The notes under the pieces are model-generated. The model saw only the letters and a program-made list of their open reading frames with translations, did not search any database and was not told the origin of the DNA. The position numbers were made by a program, and so were the translations under genes. Shown one piece after another: positions 1 through 9,155 of a stretch of DNA of 64,000 bases (positions are counted from its first letter, which is position 1; each line of letters opens with the position of its first letter). This stretch comes from Ruminococcus sp. (GTDB lineage: Bacteria > Bacillota > Clostridia > Oscillospirales > Ruminococcaceae): contig JAIDQQ010000041.1 of NCBI GenBank assembly GCA_029062165.1, forward strand, positions 4,034 to 68,033, written 5' to 3'.

Positions 1-1
1 C

Positions 2-430
2 AGAAACTTTTCTTACATTGTTTTCAAGTTCAGTAATGACTTCTGCAATTTTTGTTTCAAGGTTTGAAAAAGTCTGGTTAATCTCTTCCATGTCTTCACG
101 GAGAGTTTTGAAACAACCTGCAAGACCTGTCGCCTCGTCGAAAACAGAGTTGACAAAATTTGCTGACTTTTCACCAGCCCAGCCCTCACCGTCATAACCT
201 GTTTCGCCACATACACGCTGTGTTTCGGCTTTAAGGTCTGTTTCAGTACTGTTAATCTGTTCCTGAAAGTTGGTAATTTTTTCCTTGAACTCCTGTATTG
301 CTGTACTTACTGTAGTATCCTGAAATGTCTTCATAGCGGTTGCCGTATCGTTTAAATCTCCGGCTTCTGTATCGAATTTACCTTTAAGGGCTTCCATTTC
401 TGAATACACACACATAAATTTATCCGACAT
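2..430 (-). CDS. WXG100/ESAT-6-like helical protein, N-terminal 143 aa only (C-terminus lies beyond the window start); candidate T7SS substrate
   Basis: Absent from the ORF track because there is no stop in the window. ATG at 430 with GGAGGTG 8 nt upstream. I checked the frame codon by codon and it stays open to position 2. The protein is helical and Q/E/T-rich, with W-A-G (WXG) at residues 84-86. It lies 69 nt downstream of essC. Confidence 0.55.
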   Translation of the reverse strand, partial: MSDKFMCVYSEMEALKGKFDTEAGDLNDTATAMKTFQDTTVSTAIQEFKEKITNFQEQINSTETDLKAETQRVCGETGYDGEGWAGEKSANFVNSVFDEATGLAGCFKTLREDMEEINQTFSNLETKIAEVITELENNVRKVS

Positions 431-499
431 TGTTTTTTCACCTCCTTTACGGTATTATATATCTATGACAAACAAGGCATATGCCCTGTACTACATAGG

Positions 500-3400
500 C
501 TATTCCTTATGTAAAATAGTCTTTATTCTGTATACGGTTGTTTTGTTTTCTGCATTGACGTACAATGCATCTTTTTCGCCTATTTCTGTATTCATGATTT
601 TATTTCTTTCGGCAAGAGGAACACTAATGAAACCGTCAATGATATTTCCGGCACGTGCTGAACCAAACAACATAAAGTTTGCCTTGGCACTTTTTGCCCT
701 GTAAAGTTTCGGGGCTTTTACGGAAGAAATCTCATCATTATCGACATCTGAAGCCATCCATGCGAATTTATATGGCAGATAGTTAAATAAACTGTCGTCA
801 AAATCATTGAGCATTTCCTTACTGGAATCTTCATAAATCATCATAAGAAGCGGTTTGTCGTTCAGTACGGACATATCGCCGTTATTTTCAAGGACAAGTT
901 TCTTTCTTTCCTCGAGTTCTTTTTTCCAGTCACTGCAAATGCTTTTCATATTCTGCGTACTTATTTCATATCTTGTTATGCAGTTATATTTGTCTGCCAG
1001 TCCGGCGTATTTCCTTACAGTAGCCTTGTCGAAAATGACAATCTGTACTGGTGCGGATTCAATACCGGCATTGATACATGAAATCATATATTTTATAAAA
1101 TTGGTTTTATCCGGTTGAGAAGTTCCGGCAATTATCATGTTAAGTCCCGAAAGATTCATTTTTATCGGCATGAGACTGTTATAATCGAAGCCGAGAATAA
1201 AGCTGTATGGCGTGAAATATGAAAAATATTTACTTCTCACGTCGTTTTCGATAAGCGGATTAGGTATTTCAGGAATTATCATAGCTTTTCTGTCCGGATA
1301 CTGCATATTGATTTTATTGACAAAAGCTTCAATATGCTTACCTCTGTCAGTTTCCTTTTCTCCCTGAAAACTCTTGTAAATCTGACAGTCAAGGGTTTTC
1401 TTGTCGACTTCCACAAGACAGCGTCCGGCAATATCGTCAACAGATAGTCTGAACGTATTGAAAAGATTTGTATATTCATCGGTGTTGGTATGATGCAGAC
1501 CTATACGGCACGTAAAATGTGAAATTAATTTATATTCAATGCCCTTGACACTACTATTTGTAACAACAACACTTATTCCGGCAGAGAGTCCCTCTTGCAG
1601 TACCGATTTCAGAACAATCTTATCATTAAGATAAAGTTCCTTGAAAGATGTGAAGTTATCTATCATAAGGATTATCAGCGGTAAATCGGAATAACCCGAT
1701 TCCTTATATGCCGTATATGAACTTACTCCGGCTTTATTGAATTTCTTTTTTCTTTCGGAAATTTCAGTGACAAGAAGTTTAAATAAATTATTCATTTTTT
1801 CTTCTTCGTTCTGTACAACAACGCCACCGACGTGTGCAAGATTATTGAACTGTTTCAGTATCATTGAAGAATAGTCTATAATATAGAAATTAACTTCTTC
1901 GGGAGTATATTTTTCCGCAAGAGTACGTATGATAAGCTGAAGTATATTTGTTTTGCCTGTCTGTAGTTCGCCGGTTATGAACATATGTTTCAGTGACATA
2001 TCAACGATATAATTTTCCTGTCTCTGATTTGCGGGGTCATCGAATATACCTAAATCGGCGTATATGCCTGTACCTGCTCTCTTCGGATTTTCCGTATAGG
2101 CAATGACTTTTTCAAGAGGTGGCTGGCATATATTCGGAAGTTTTTTCAGATTGCTTTTTTCAAAACATTCTGTAATCCTTGCCATAATGGCTTCTTTCTG
2201 TGAAATCATTTTCTTATCGTTTCCGGAATCACTGTTTTTTCTCGAAAATGCCGGTAGTCTTCTTCCGGCAAAGTCAACCAGTGACATTGTAAATTCTTTC
2301 TGCTGTTCAAGTAAATCGGCGTCGGCAGATGCTCCGCTATATGCTGACTGAAACAACTCGAATACTTCGTTATTGCCTACCATTAAATAAGCACGTCCGG
2401 CTTCCTTTATTTCCGAAGCAAGAGGAGTTTTTATAACTTCCTGACTGTCTGACGGTGTCTGGACTTTAAGACAGATACGGAATTTTGAATTACTGTCAAT
2501 CTGTGAATCAACCTGTCCTTGAGGTTTCTGTGTGGCAAGTATAAGATGTACTCCGAATGAACGTCCCACACGAGCTATACTGTTCAGTTCTGACATGAAA
2601 TCACCGTACTGTGCTTTGAGTTCCGCAAATTCGTCGACTATTATAATCAGGTGTGGCAGAACTGTTTCAACATTATGCGATTTCAGTTCATTGATATATT
2701 TGTTTATATGGTCAACTTTGGCATCTTCAAAAAGTTTCTTACGACGTTCTATTTCCGCTTTGATTGATATAAGTGAACGGTTTATGCCTTTACCGTCAAT
2801 ATCAGTTATGACGCCTAATGTATGCGGTAATGTCTTAAACTGATTGCCCATTCCGCCACCTTTGAAATCTATGATAAGAAATGCTACTTCTTCGGGGCTG
2901 AAAAGTGTCGCAACTGAAAGTATATAGGTCATAAGGACTTCACTTTTTCCTGAACCGGTTGTACCGGCAATAAGTCCATGCGGACCGTGTGCCTTGTCGC
3001 TGTCGTGAATGTCAAGATATACTGTTTCATTACCGGAACATACGCCGATAGGAACAGCCATAGACTTCGTGACATCTGATTTATTCCAGCGTGCTTTTAT
3101 GTCAAGTTCTTCAGCGGATTTTATACCTAAAAGCTGATATAATGTTATGTTCTTCGTGAGGGTGGATTCAAGGCTTACTTCCTCGCAGTATATGGAAGCA
3201 AGTTTATATGATATACTATATAAGTCACTGTCTTCAATGCGGGTATATTTAAAGTTTACTATTTCTGTATTTTCGTTTTTGATAATACGTCCTTTTGTAT
3301 CGTCGTCGACAAGGACAAGTTGCGAACAGCCTAATGGTATATAATCGCTGTGGTTTTCAAAGAATATGAAAGTTGCACCATAAAGTGAGGCTTTTTCTAT

Positions 3401-5044
3401 GTACTTTGAAACAGGGTGTTCCTTTATGCCGAAATCATTCATGACAAATACCACTATATGCGGAAGATGTACTTTTTCATTGGAGCAGGCTCTCTTGTCA
3501 AGTTCGGAATAGAGATATTCAAAAACGGTTGCTTTACTCTGGTTATCGCATACTATATTCCGGAATTTGTCATTATTTATGTGTCTGAACCATTTTATCC
3601 AGTCATATTCTGAACATCTTTCGTTATCCGTTATAAGAAAAGTAGTAACATCATCATAGTGCTGTCTGATACATAAATCAAAGTAGATTACTTTCATAAT
3701 TTCATAAAGATGTCTGTCAGTACCTACCACGCCGATTACATTTGCTTCCTTTAATTGCAGAAGAATAGGTGCGTCAGATATTTTCCTGTATTTTTCGGAT
3801 ATATTACAAGGTAAATCAACAAGTTCGTCGTCGTCGGATTCGTATTTTTCCTGTGGTTTGTAGTCAATTTTCCGGATTGCGTCGACGTCTCCGCTACCTA
3901 TTCTTATTTCAAGGAAGTCTTCGTCTTCGGGTACTCGGTCAAAAAGACTTCCCGAAAAATTCTTTGCGAATGCGATAGTTTCATTGCAACGGTAATATAT
4001 TCTGTTGAGTATCTGCCATTCTTCCTTACGCATATCACTGATTTCTTTTTCCTTGTCTTCTATATACTTTCTGTAACCCTGTTCCCTGTCCTGAATCTGC
4101 TGGAGATATTCTTTCTTGTCGTTCATTATGGTCAGAAAAGACACTATAGCACCCATTGACATAGAGCATACACTGAATAGTATAAATGAAAGATTTGTCT
4201 TTCCGACTACTCCACGCAGAAGTATTGTAAGGGCAATCATTGCAACCGTCGGCATGAGTTTCAATAACATATTGTTTTTAGGCTTAGGCGGTTTTTCCTT
4301 AGGCAAAAGAAGTTTTATTTCCTCGTCGTTTATCTTGAGTTTAAGACGGCTGTTACGTATGAATTTAGGATAATTCATAGCACCGATACTTTCGTTTATG
4401 TCCTTGCATGAAAACCTGTTCAGGCGGATATTATATTTTCTGTCCATGTATATATTTCTGCCGTGTATGTAAAAACAGCAGTCAAAAATATTGACGAAAG
4501 TAAACGGATATAATTGCAGGGAATTGCCGTCGAAAGATATTATTTTACCGTTATATGCAATGGTAGTACCTTTTTCGGCTTGTAGAAATATTTTCCCCTC
4601 TTTGCTTATGATTTCAATTTTAACCTTGGAAGCTGAAGAAGTATCTTTCAGCAGGTCACAACCTTTATCACTGCCGATTGTTACCATTGCAGATGATGAC
4701 CAGTCAACAGCACAGTTGAAAGTTATAGCCGTGAAATCATAGTCCTTAAGATAACTGTTCCCTGAAAGACTGTAATTCCTCGGAAGAACATTTATGACGG
4801 TTCTGTTACGGAGACCGTAATCAGAAAGAAGTTTGTCACCTGTAAGAAATGCTACAGGGTTTTCCGCAAAAAGATAACAGTCTTCTTTTATGTCTGTCCT
4901 GTAGTTCAGGCTGAAAGCGTTATTTATTGCAACAAACAAATCATAGGCGGTTATATCCGAAGATACTTCTATATCATATTCAGCTTTTACAGGATAAAAC
5001 AACTTGACAGTCATAATTATCTTGTTGTTATTCAATTTCCCCAT
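500..5044 (-). CDS. essC: Type VII secretion FtsK/SpoIIIE-family ATPase EssC (YukD-like plus FHA-like N-terminus, TM segments, three P-loop domains)
   Basis: 1514 aa. Walker A motifs are GTTGSGKSE (D1) and GELQTGKTN (D2), plus a degenerate GTSQPDKTN (D3). Two hydrophobic helices sit around residues 265-310. The N-terminal beta-grasp-like and FHA-like segments are typical of T7SSb EssC. The GGGAGG RBS sits almost against the ATG, so an in-frame TTG at 5035 is an alternative start. Confidence 0.9.
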   Translation of the reverse strand: MGKLNNNKIIMTVKLFYPVKAEYDIEVSSDITAYDLFVAINNAFSLNYRTDIKEDCYLFAENPVAFLTGDKLLSDYGLRNRTVINVLPRNYSLSGNSYLKDYDFTAITFNCAVDWSSSAMVTIGSDKGCDLLKDTSSASKVKIEIISKEGKIFLQAEKGTTIAYNGKIISFDGNSLQLYPFTFVNIFDCCFYIHGRNIYMDRKYNIRLNRFSCKDINESIGAMNYPKFIRNSRLKLKINDEEIKLLLPKEKPPKPKNNMLLKLMPTVAMIALTILLRGVVGKTNLSFILFSVCSMSMGAIVSFLTIMNDKKEYLQQIQDREQGYRKYIEDKEKEISDMRKEEWQILNRIYYRCNETIAFAKNFSGSLFDRVPEDEDFLEIRIGSGDVDAIRKIDYKPQEKYESDDDELVDLPCNISEKYRKISDAPILLQLKEANVIGVVGTDRHLYEIMKVIYFDLCIRQHYDDVTTFLITDNERCSEYDWIKWFRHINNDKFRNIVCDNQSKATVFEYLYSELDKRACSNEKVHLPHIVVFVMNDFGIKEHPVSKYIEKASLYGATFIFFENHSDYIPLGCSQLVLVDDDTKGRIIKNENTEIVNFKYTRIEDSDLYSISYKLASIYCEEVSLESTLTKNITLYQLLGIKSAEELDIKARWNKSDVTKSMAVPIGVCSGNETVYLDIHDSDKAHGPHGLIAGTTGSGKSEVLMTYILSVATLFSPEEVAFLIIDFKGGGMGNQFKTLPHTLGVITDIDGKGINRSLISIKAEIERRKKLFEDAKVDHINKYINELKSHNVETVLPHLIIIVDEFAELKAQYGDFMSELNSIARVGRSFGVHLILATQKPQGQVDSQIDSNSKFRICLKVQTPSDSQEVIKTPLASEIKEAGRAYLMVGNNEVFELFQSAYSGASADADLLEQQKEFTMSLVDFAGRRLPAFSRKNSDSGNDKKMISQKEAIMARITECFEKSNLKKLPNICQPPLEKVIAYTENPKRAGTGIYADLGIFDDPANQRQENYIVDMSLKHMFITGELQTGKTNILQLIIRTLAEKYTPEEVNFYIIDYSSMILKQFNNLAHVGGVVVQNEEEKMNNLFKLLVTEISERKKKFNKAGVSSYTAYKESGYSDLPLIILMIDNFTSFKELYLNDKIVLKSVLQEGLSAGISVVVTNSSVKGIEYKLISHFTCRIGLHHTNTDEYTNLFNTFRLSVDDIAGRCLVEVDKKTLDCQIYKSFQGEKETDRGKHIEAFVNKINMQYPDRKAMIIPEIPNPLIENDVRSKYFSYFTPYSFILGFDYNSLMPIKMNLSGLNMIIAGTSQPDKTNFIKYMISCINAGIESAPVQIVIFDKATVRKYAGLADKYNCITRYEISTQNMKSICSDWKKELEERKKLVLENNGDMSVLNDKPLLMMIYEDSSKEMLNDFDDSLFNYLPYKFAWMASDVDNDEISSVKAPKLYRAKSAKANFMLFGSARAGNIIDGFISVPLAERNKIMNTEIGEKDALYVNAENKTTVYRIKTILHKE

Positions 5045-5057
5045 CCCTCCCGATATT

Positions 5058-6014
5058 TCAAGATTTTCTGTTGTTTCTTCTCTTTCCGGCTATACCGGTT
5101 ACAGTCAGTGCGAGACCTGAAACTATTCCGGCGGTTACTGTACCCATTATACCTTTGTCACCTGTCTGTGGACGTTCATTGTCATCTTTTTCTTCAGTGA
5201 CAGTTGTAGTAGTTGAATCGTCGGAAGTTGTTACAGTAGTAAATTCCGGAGCTCTTAGAACTCCGTGTTGTTCAACGGCTTTTTCTGTAGTGAAAGTATT
5301 CTGTATTGATACAGTTGTTCTGGTGGTCTTTGTGGTTACATTCGGAGAAGTATTCGTTACTATATCTGTAGTACCCTCGCCGGTAGTAGTAGTTTCAGTT
5401 GAGACTGTACCGGAAGTTTCACCTGTTCCGGTAGCTGTTTCAGTAGATGTAGCTGTAACGGTTGCAGTGGCGGAAGCTGTCGTTTCAGTCGGGACTGTTC
5501 CGGAATTTTCAGCGGTAGCGGAAGTAACTGCCGTTTCAGTAGTGGTACTTCCCTGCGTAGCTGTATCGGTGCTTATAGCCGTAACGGTATTTTCCGGAGG
5601 TGCGGTATTGGTGCTTATAGCTATTTCTGTAGCGGTACTTGCCGGAGTTTCGGCAGTAGTAGAGGTTGTTACAGTTACTGTACTTTCAACCGGTGGTGCG
5701 ACTGATACAGAAGCAGTTGTTATAACTACCGGTGGGGCTTCCGTGGGTACGGTTACTACTGGTGGTTCTGTTACAACGTCGGTTACTATCGGCGGTGCTT
5801 CAACATTACTGCTTTCGTTGCCAGAAGAATTTTCACCTGACGGTGTTTCAGTACCGGAAGTGCCGGAAGTAGTTTCGCCGGAATTGTCCGGAGTTTCAAC
5901 GGCTGAACTTTTTATTTTCTTGTCTGTTTCAACGGCATTTGTCGTAATGCCTGTAAATGCTGAACAGGTGCATATCAATGATACCAGTGCGATTATAATT
6001 TTTTTGTTTTTCAT
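5058..6014 (-). CDS. Secreted Thr/Ser/Pro-rich low-complexity surface protein with a PQTG-type C-terminal sorting signal
   Basis: Signal peptide MKNKKIIIALVSLICTCSAFTG. A long T/S/P/V-rich body. The C-terminus reads RPQTGD, then a hydrophobic helix, then KRRNNRKS, which is the sortase-substrate architecture. Confidence 0.6.
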   Translation of the reverse strand: MKNKKIIIALVSLICTCSAFTGITTNAVETDKKIKSSAVETPDNSGETTSGTSGTETPSGENSSGNESSNVEAPPIVTDVVTEPPVVTVPTEAPPVVITTASVSVAPPVESTVTVTTSTTAETPASTATEIAISTNTAPPENTVTAISTDTATQGSTTTETAVTSATAENSGTVPTETTASATATVTATSTETATGTGETSGTVSTETTTTGEGTTDIVTNTSPNVTTKTTRTTVSIQNTFTTEKAVEQHGVLRAPEFTTVTTSDDSTTTTVTEEKDDNERPQTGDKGIMGTVTAGIVSGLALTVTGIAGKRRNNRKS

Positions 6015-6046
6015 TTTAAAAATAACCTCCGTTTTGAATTATGGTT

Positions 6047-6532
6047 TTAAATATTATAGAATGCAAGTAAAAAAACCTGATGTCTGTATTTGCCTATGCC
6101 GATATACCGGCATTTTTTCAGGCATGAATCTGTGTCGGGATATTTTCCGTTCTGCATAGCCGTCAGGAAATCTGCCGTAAATTCCTTGTCTGAATCTGAA
6201 AGCAATGTATATTTGGCGACATATGAATCAGAAGAATACAGCCGGATAAAGTTTTCATTTTCGAGTATCTTTATATCGTCAGCCGTAATGTCTTCCCTGA
6301 AACATTTTTCAGCACATTCTTCGGCAATAACCGCAAGTTGCTTGTCGAATATCAGATTGGGATATCTTTCGACTATTACATTATAGATAGCTTTTTCCTG
6401 AACTTTTAAGGCTATTCCGGAAGAAACATATACATTGGCGGAAATCAGCAGTATAAGAATTATCACTTTAATGACAATTGATTTTATCAGCTTTTTTCTT
6501 TTATTCGCTAACATTTTCATGCTCCGTTTCAT
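6047..6532 (-). CDS. Small N-terminally membrane-anchored protein, function unknown
   Basis: Basic N-terminus followed by one TM helix (IKVIILILLISANVYV). GGAG lies 7 nt before an internal ATG at 6514, which makes that the more likely start. Either start overlaps the upstream gene end. Confidence 0.45.
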   Translation of the reverse strand: MKRSMKMLANKRKKLIKSIVIKVIILILLISANVYVSSGIALKVQEKAIYNVIVERYPNLIFDKQLAVIAEECAEKCFREDITADDIKILENENFIRLYSSDSYVAKYTLLSDSDKEFTADFLTAMQNGKYPDTDSCLKKCRYIGIGKYRHQVFLLAFYNI

Positions 6533-7814
6533 AGATTATTATGACAGCCCAGCCGAATACTTTGTTTTTTTCGTCATAGAATCTGCCTATTCCGGTATAA
6601 TTCCAGTTGTACTGTGAATAGAGTTCTGTTTTTTCCCTGCTCATTTCAGCGAAGTCATCTGATGTTACCGCCGTATTTGAAATAAGTACAACATTGACCT
6701 GATTTTCCTCGTCTATATCCGGAAGAAGATTCTGTACGCCTGCATCATTCCGGCACAGCGACAGTATATATGAATTATCATACTGTATAGCCGGATTCTT
6801 ACAGTAATCTTCGGCGGCGGTATCTGAACACCTGTCAATTACCTTGTTTCTGTTTTTCAGACCTAATTTCTTTTCGGCGTTTGAGATTTCACTTGCTTCG
6901 GACTTTACAGCTATTTCCTTGAGTTTTTCGCCAAGTATCTCGCTGTTTGCGTAATATTCGTCGTCAAGATAGCTGTATATCAGGTTAAAAGCTCCGGTAT
7001 CTCCGCCGGAAGAAAAATACATACCTTTTCCCATAAGGTAATCGCTCTGTGCCGAAAGACATTCAATAATTCTGTCATGGTATAACCTGTTGTATTTTTC
7101 GTCATATTCAAAGTATGAAAGACTCTCGGCGAGAATATCAATGCTTCCCTCGTAATCGTCAGCGGACATCTTTTTTTCACTTTCGGTCAGGCATGATTCC
7201 TTTATACCGGCAATGTTTTCAAGTATCTGCTGTGCCGAAAAATAATGTCCCTCGTCTTCCTCGCCTATGAGGTTACATAATTCTTCAGCCTTACGGAAGT
7301 CCTTGTTTTCAAGGGCTTCTTCAGCATCATGCAGATATATACCGTACTGGTGTATTTTTTCAATTTTTTCTTTTTCGGCTTCAGTTTTTCCGGTTATGTC
7401 GTCGTCGTCAAGGTGACCGTTTATTATACCGAAGTTTCCGAAGTCTGAAATTACATCTTCATAGCTGACGTTATAATTATAGAAGTCTTCTGCACAGCGT
7501 TCAATGAAACTGCTGTACTTTTCCTTACGTTTCTGATTGTCAAGCAAATCGGGGTATTGCCGGAAGACAGTAACCAGTTTGTCAGAATCACCGCTTTCAA
7601 TGGCATTCCGGAAAGCGTATTCCGGATAGACAAACGCAAAACATAACGCCGATATGACCGCAAGGACTATCACTGCAACTATTATCAAGGGCATTGTCAT
7701 TGAAGATTTTTTCCGGTCAATCAGTTCGCACTGACATTTCACACAGTAATCGGCGTCAGCCTTATAGACTATATTACATCTTGGACATATCCGTGATTTT
7801 ATTTTTTCTGACAT
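6501..7814 (-). CDS. Zinc-ribbon / single-pass TM / extracytoplasmic-domain protein
   Basis: The N-terminus carries CPRC-x13-CVKC, then a TM helix (PLIIVAVIVLAVISALCFAF) and a roughly 370-aa ectodomain. The track start at 7838 is a TTG. ATG at 7814 has GGAGTGA 5 nt upstream, so I use it. Confidence 0.6.
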   Translation of the reverse strand: MSEKIKSRICPRCNIVYKADADYCVKCQCELIDRKKSSMTMPLIIVAVIVLAVISALCFAFVYPEYAFRNAIESGDSDKLVTVFRQYPDLLDNQKRKEKYSSFIERCAEDFYNYNVSYEDVISDFGNFGIINGHLDDDDITGKTEAEKEKIEKIHQYGIYLHDAEEALENKDFRKAEELCNLIGEEDEGHYFSAQQILENIAGIKESCLTESEKKMSADDYEGSIDILAESLSYFEYDEKYNRLYHDRIIECLSAQSDYLMGKGMYFSSGGDTGAFNLIYSYLDDEYYANSEILGEKLKEIAVKSEASEISNAEKKLGLKNRNKVIDRCSDTAAEDYCKNPAIQYDNSYILSLCRNDAGVQNLLPDIDEENQVNVVLISNTAVTSDDFAEMSREKTELYSQYNWNYTGIGRFYDEKNKVFGWAVIIIYETEHENVSE

Positions 7815-7834
7815 TGCAATCACTCCATGATTTT

Positions 7835-9145
7835 TCAATTTCCTGCGGAAGTGTTATACTTCACGTACTGAATCATATATACATCAGGGTCATTATATTT
7901 CCGGTAGAAATAGAAATAATGCTGACCGTCGGGGGAAATCCGGACTATATCATATTTTTCACCATATCTTTTAATTATAATTTCCCCCTGACCGTCATCT
8001 ATTTCAACGGCGTTATCCCTGTAAGCCGTCTGAAGCGAAACATCTATGCGGTTGTCTTTGTACAGGTATATGGAATCCTTGCCGGTGTTGCTTATGGAAA
8101 AATCTATTCCCTCACCGGAAAAATCTGCTGTTCTCTGTACGTCGTCATAATAGAGACCGTCCAGTTTGTTACAGAGAATGACGGAATCAACATCGTTTTC
8201 TTTTTTTATCCGGAATACATAAAGCTGATTGTTCTGACCGTCAGTATTATTAAAGTTGTTGCCTTGCGTAATCTCGTTGAAGTTGAAAGTGTCAAGGAAA
8301 TTTTCGTCTATTCCGGAAAAGTCCGTGTCCTCGAAAGTAATGGTATTGTCTTCATAGGTGAAGCTGTAATCCTCGTCATTATACTCCATAGTGTTATCTT
8401 TGAGGTACATATATTCATTACATTCAACAGGTCTTGTGCCGAAAATATTTATAAAATCGCTGGCATGACTTTTACTGAAGACGGAATCGCTTATACTGTA
8501 GTACTTTCCTCTTATTGACGTCTCATGGTTATCTTCCGGAATACCGGCAGATTTAGGAGCAGGTCTTGTTGTGGTGACAGTTCCGGTAGAAGTTTTAGTA
8601 GTACCTGTAGTAGTTACGTCAGTATCGGAAGTATTTATATAAGTACCGTCCGGAGAAGCGAAAGGAGTTTCCGGAAGTGTAGCCTTTGCAACAGTAGTTA
8701 CTGTTTCGTCGGGAAGCTGTCCGGTCAGTCCGGAATTTCTGTCCGGAGCTTTTGCGATAAAAAGACATATTCCCATAACACACGCCATTCCGACTATACC
8801 CATTATAATATTACGTCGTCTCCGGAAGCCGTCGGGAACATATGCCGGAATCTTTTCCGGAAGTTTTTCAGGGGCGGAAGTTTTCGTCATTACCGGTATT
8901 TCAGTATGATTTTCTACCGGAGTTTCGGTAAATGTCATTTCTTCGGGAATTTCAGAAACTTCTTCCGGAACTTCGGGAATTTCTTCCGGAGCAGGCATTT
9001 CAGAATCTTCAAGCAACGGCATAATTTTTTCCGTTATATCGGCAAGTGTATAACTTCTGTATTCCGGCAGGAAAGGCATTTCCTCAAGACAGCTGTCGCA
9101 TTTCAGTAAGTTTTCTGTTTTGTTTCCGCAGTATCTGCATATCAT
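7835..9145 (-). CDS. Zinc-ribbon / single-pass TM / extracytoplasmic-domain protein
   Basis: The N-terminus reads CRYC-x9-CDSC. An acidic PE-rich linker and a TM helix (IIMGIVGMACVMGICLFIA) follow. Then comes a T-rich linker and a beta-rich ectodomain. GGGGTGA RBS lies 4 nt upstream of the ATG. Confidence 0.6.
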   Translation of the reverse strand: MICRYCGNKTENLLKCDSCLEEMPFLPEYRSYTLADITEKIMPLLEDSEMPAPEEIPEVPEEVSEIPEEMTFTETPVENHTEIPVMTKTSAPEKLPEKIPAYVPDGFRRRRNIIMGIVGMACVMGICLFIAKAPDRNSGLTGQLPDETVTTVAKATLPETPFASPDGTYINTSDTDVTTTGTTKTSTGTVTTTRPAPKSAGIPEDNHETSIRGKYYSISDSVFSKSHASDFINIFGTRPVECNEYMYLKDNTMEYNDEDYSFTYEDNTITFEDTDFSGIDENFLDTFNFNEITQGNNFNNTDGQNNQLYVFRIKKENDVDSVILCNKLDGLYYDDVQRTADFSGEGIDFSISNTGKDSIYLYKDNRIDVSLQTAYRDNAVEIDDGQGEIIIKRYGEKYDIVRISPDGQHYFYFYRKYNDPDVYMIQYVKYNTSAGN

Positions 9146-9155
9146 GTAATCACCC

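Noticed and set aside
5071-6159. 362-aa plus-strand ORF antisense to the Thr-rich gene
   Set aside because: It is Val-rich low complexity, the mirror image of the ACN (Thr) codon runs on the coding strand. It has no RBS and overlaps a gene with a clear signal peptide and sorting signal.
6047-7838. CAP/SCP-like C-terminal similarity between the 161-aa and 437-aa proteins (…IGIG…/…TGIG… endings)
   Set aside because: The resemblance is limited to a few residues. It cannot be supported without a profile search.
7694-9109. Plus-strand ORFs of 274 and 194 aa
   Set aside because: They are antisense to the two zinc-ribbon/TM genes. Their composition is odd (F/R/S/I-rich) and they have no RBS. The minus-strand genes have RBSs and a coherent domain architecture.
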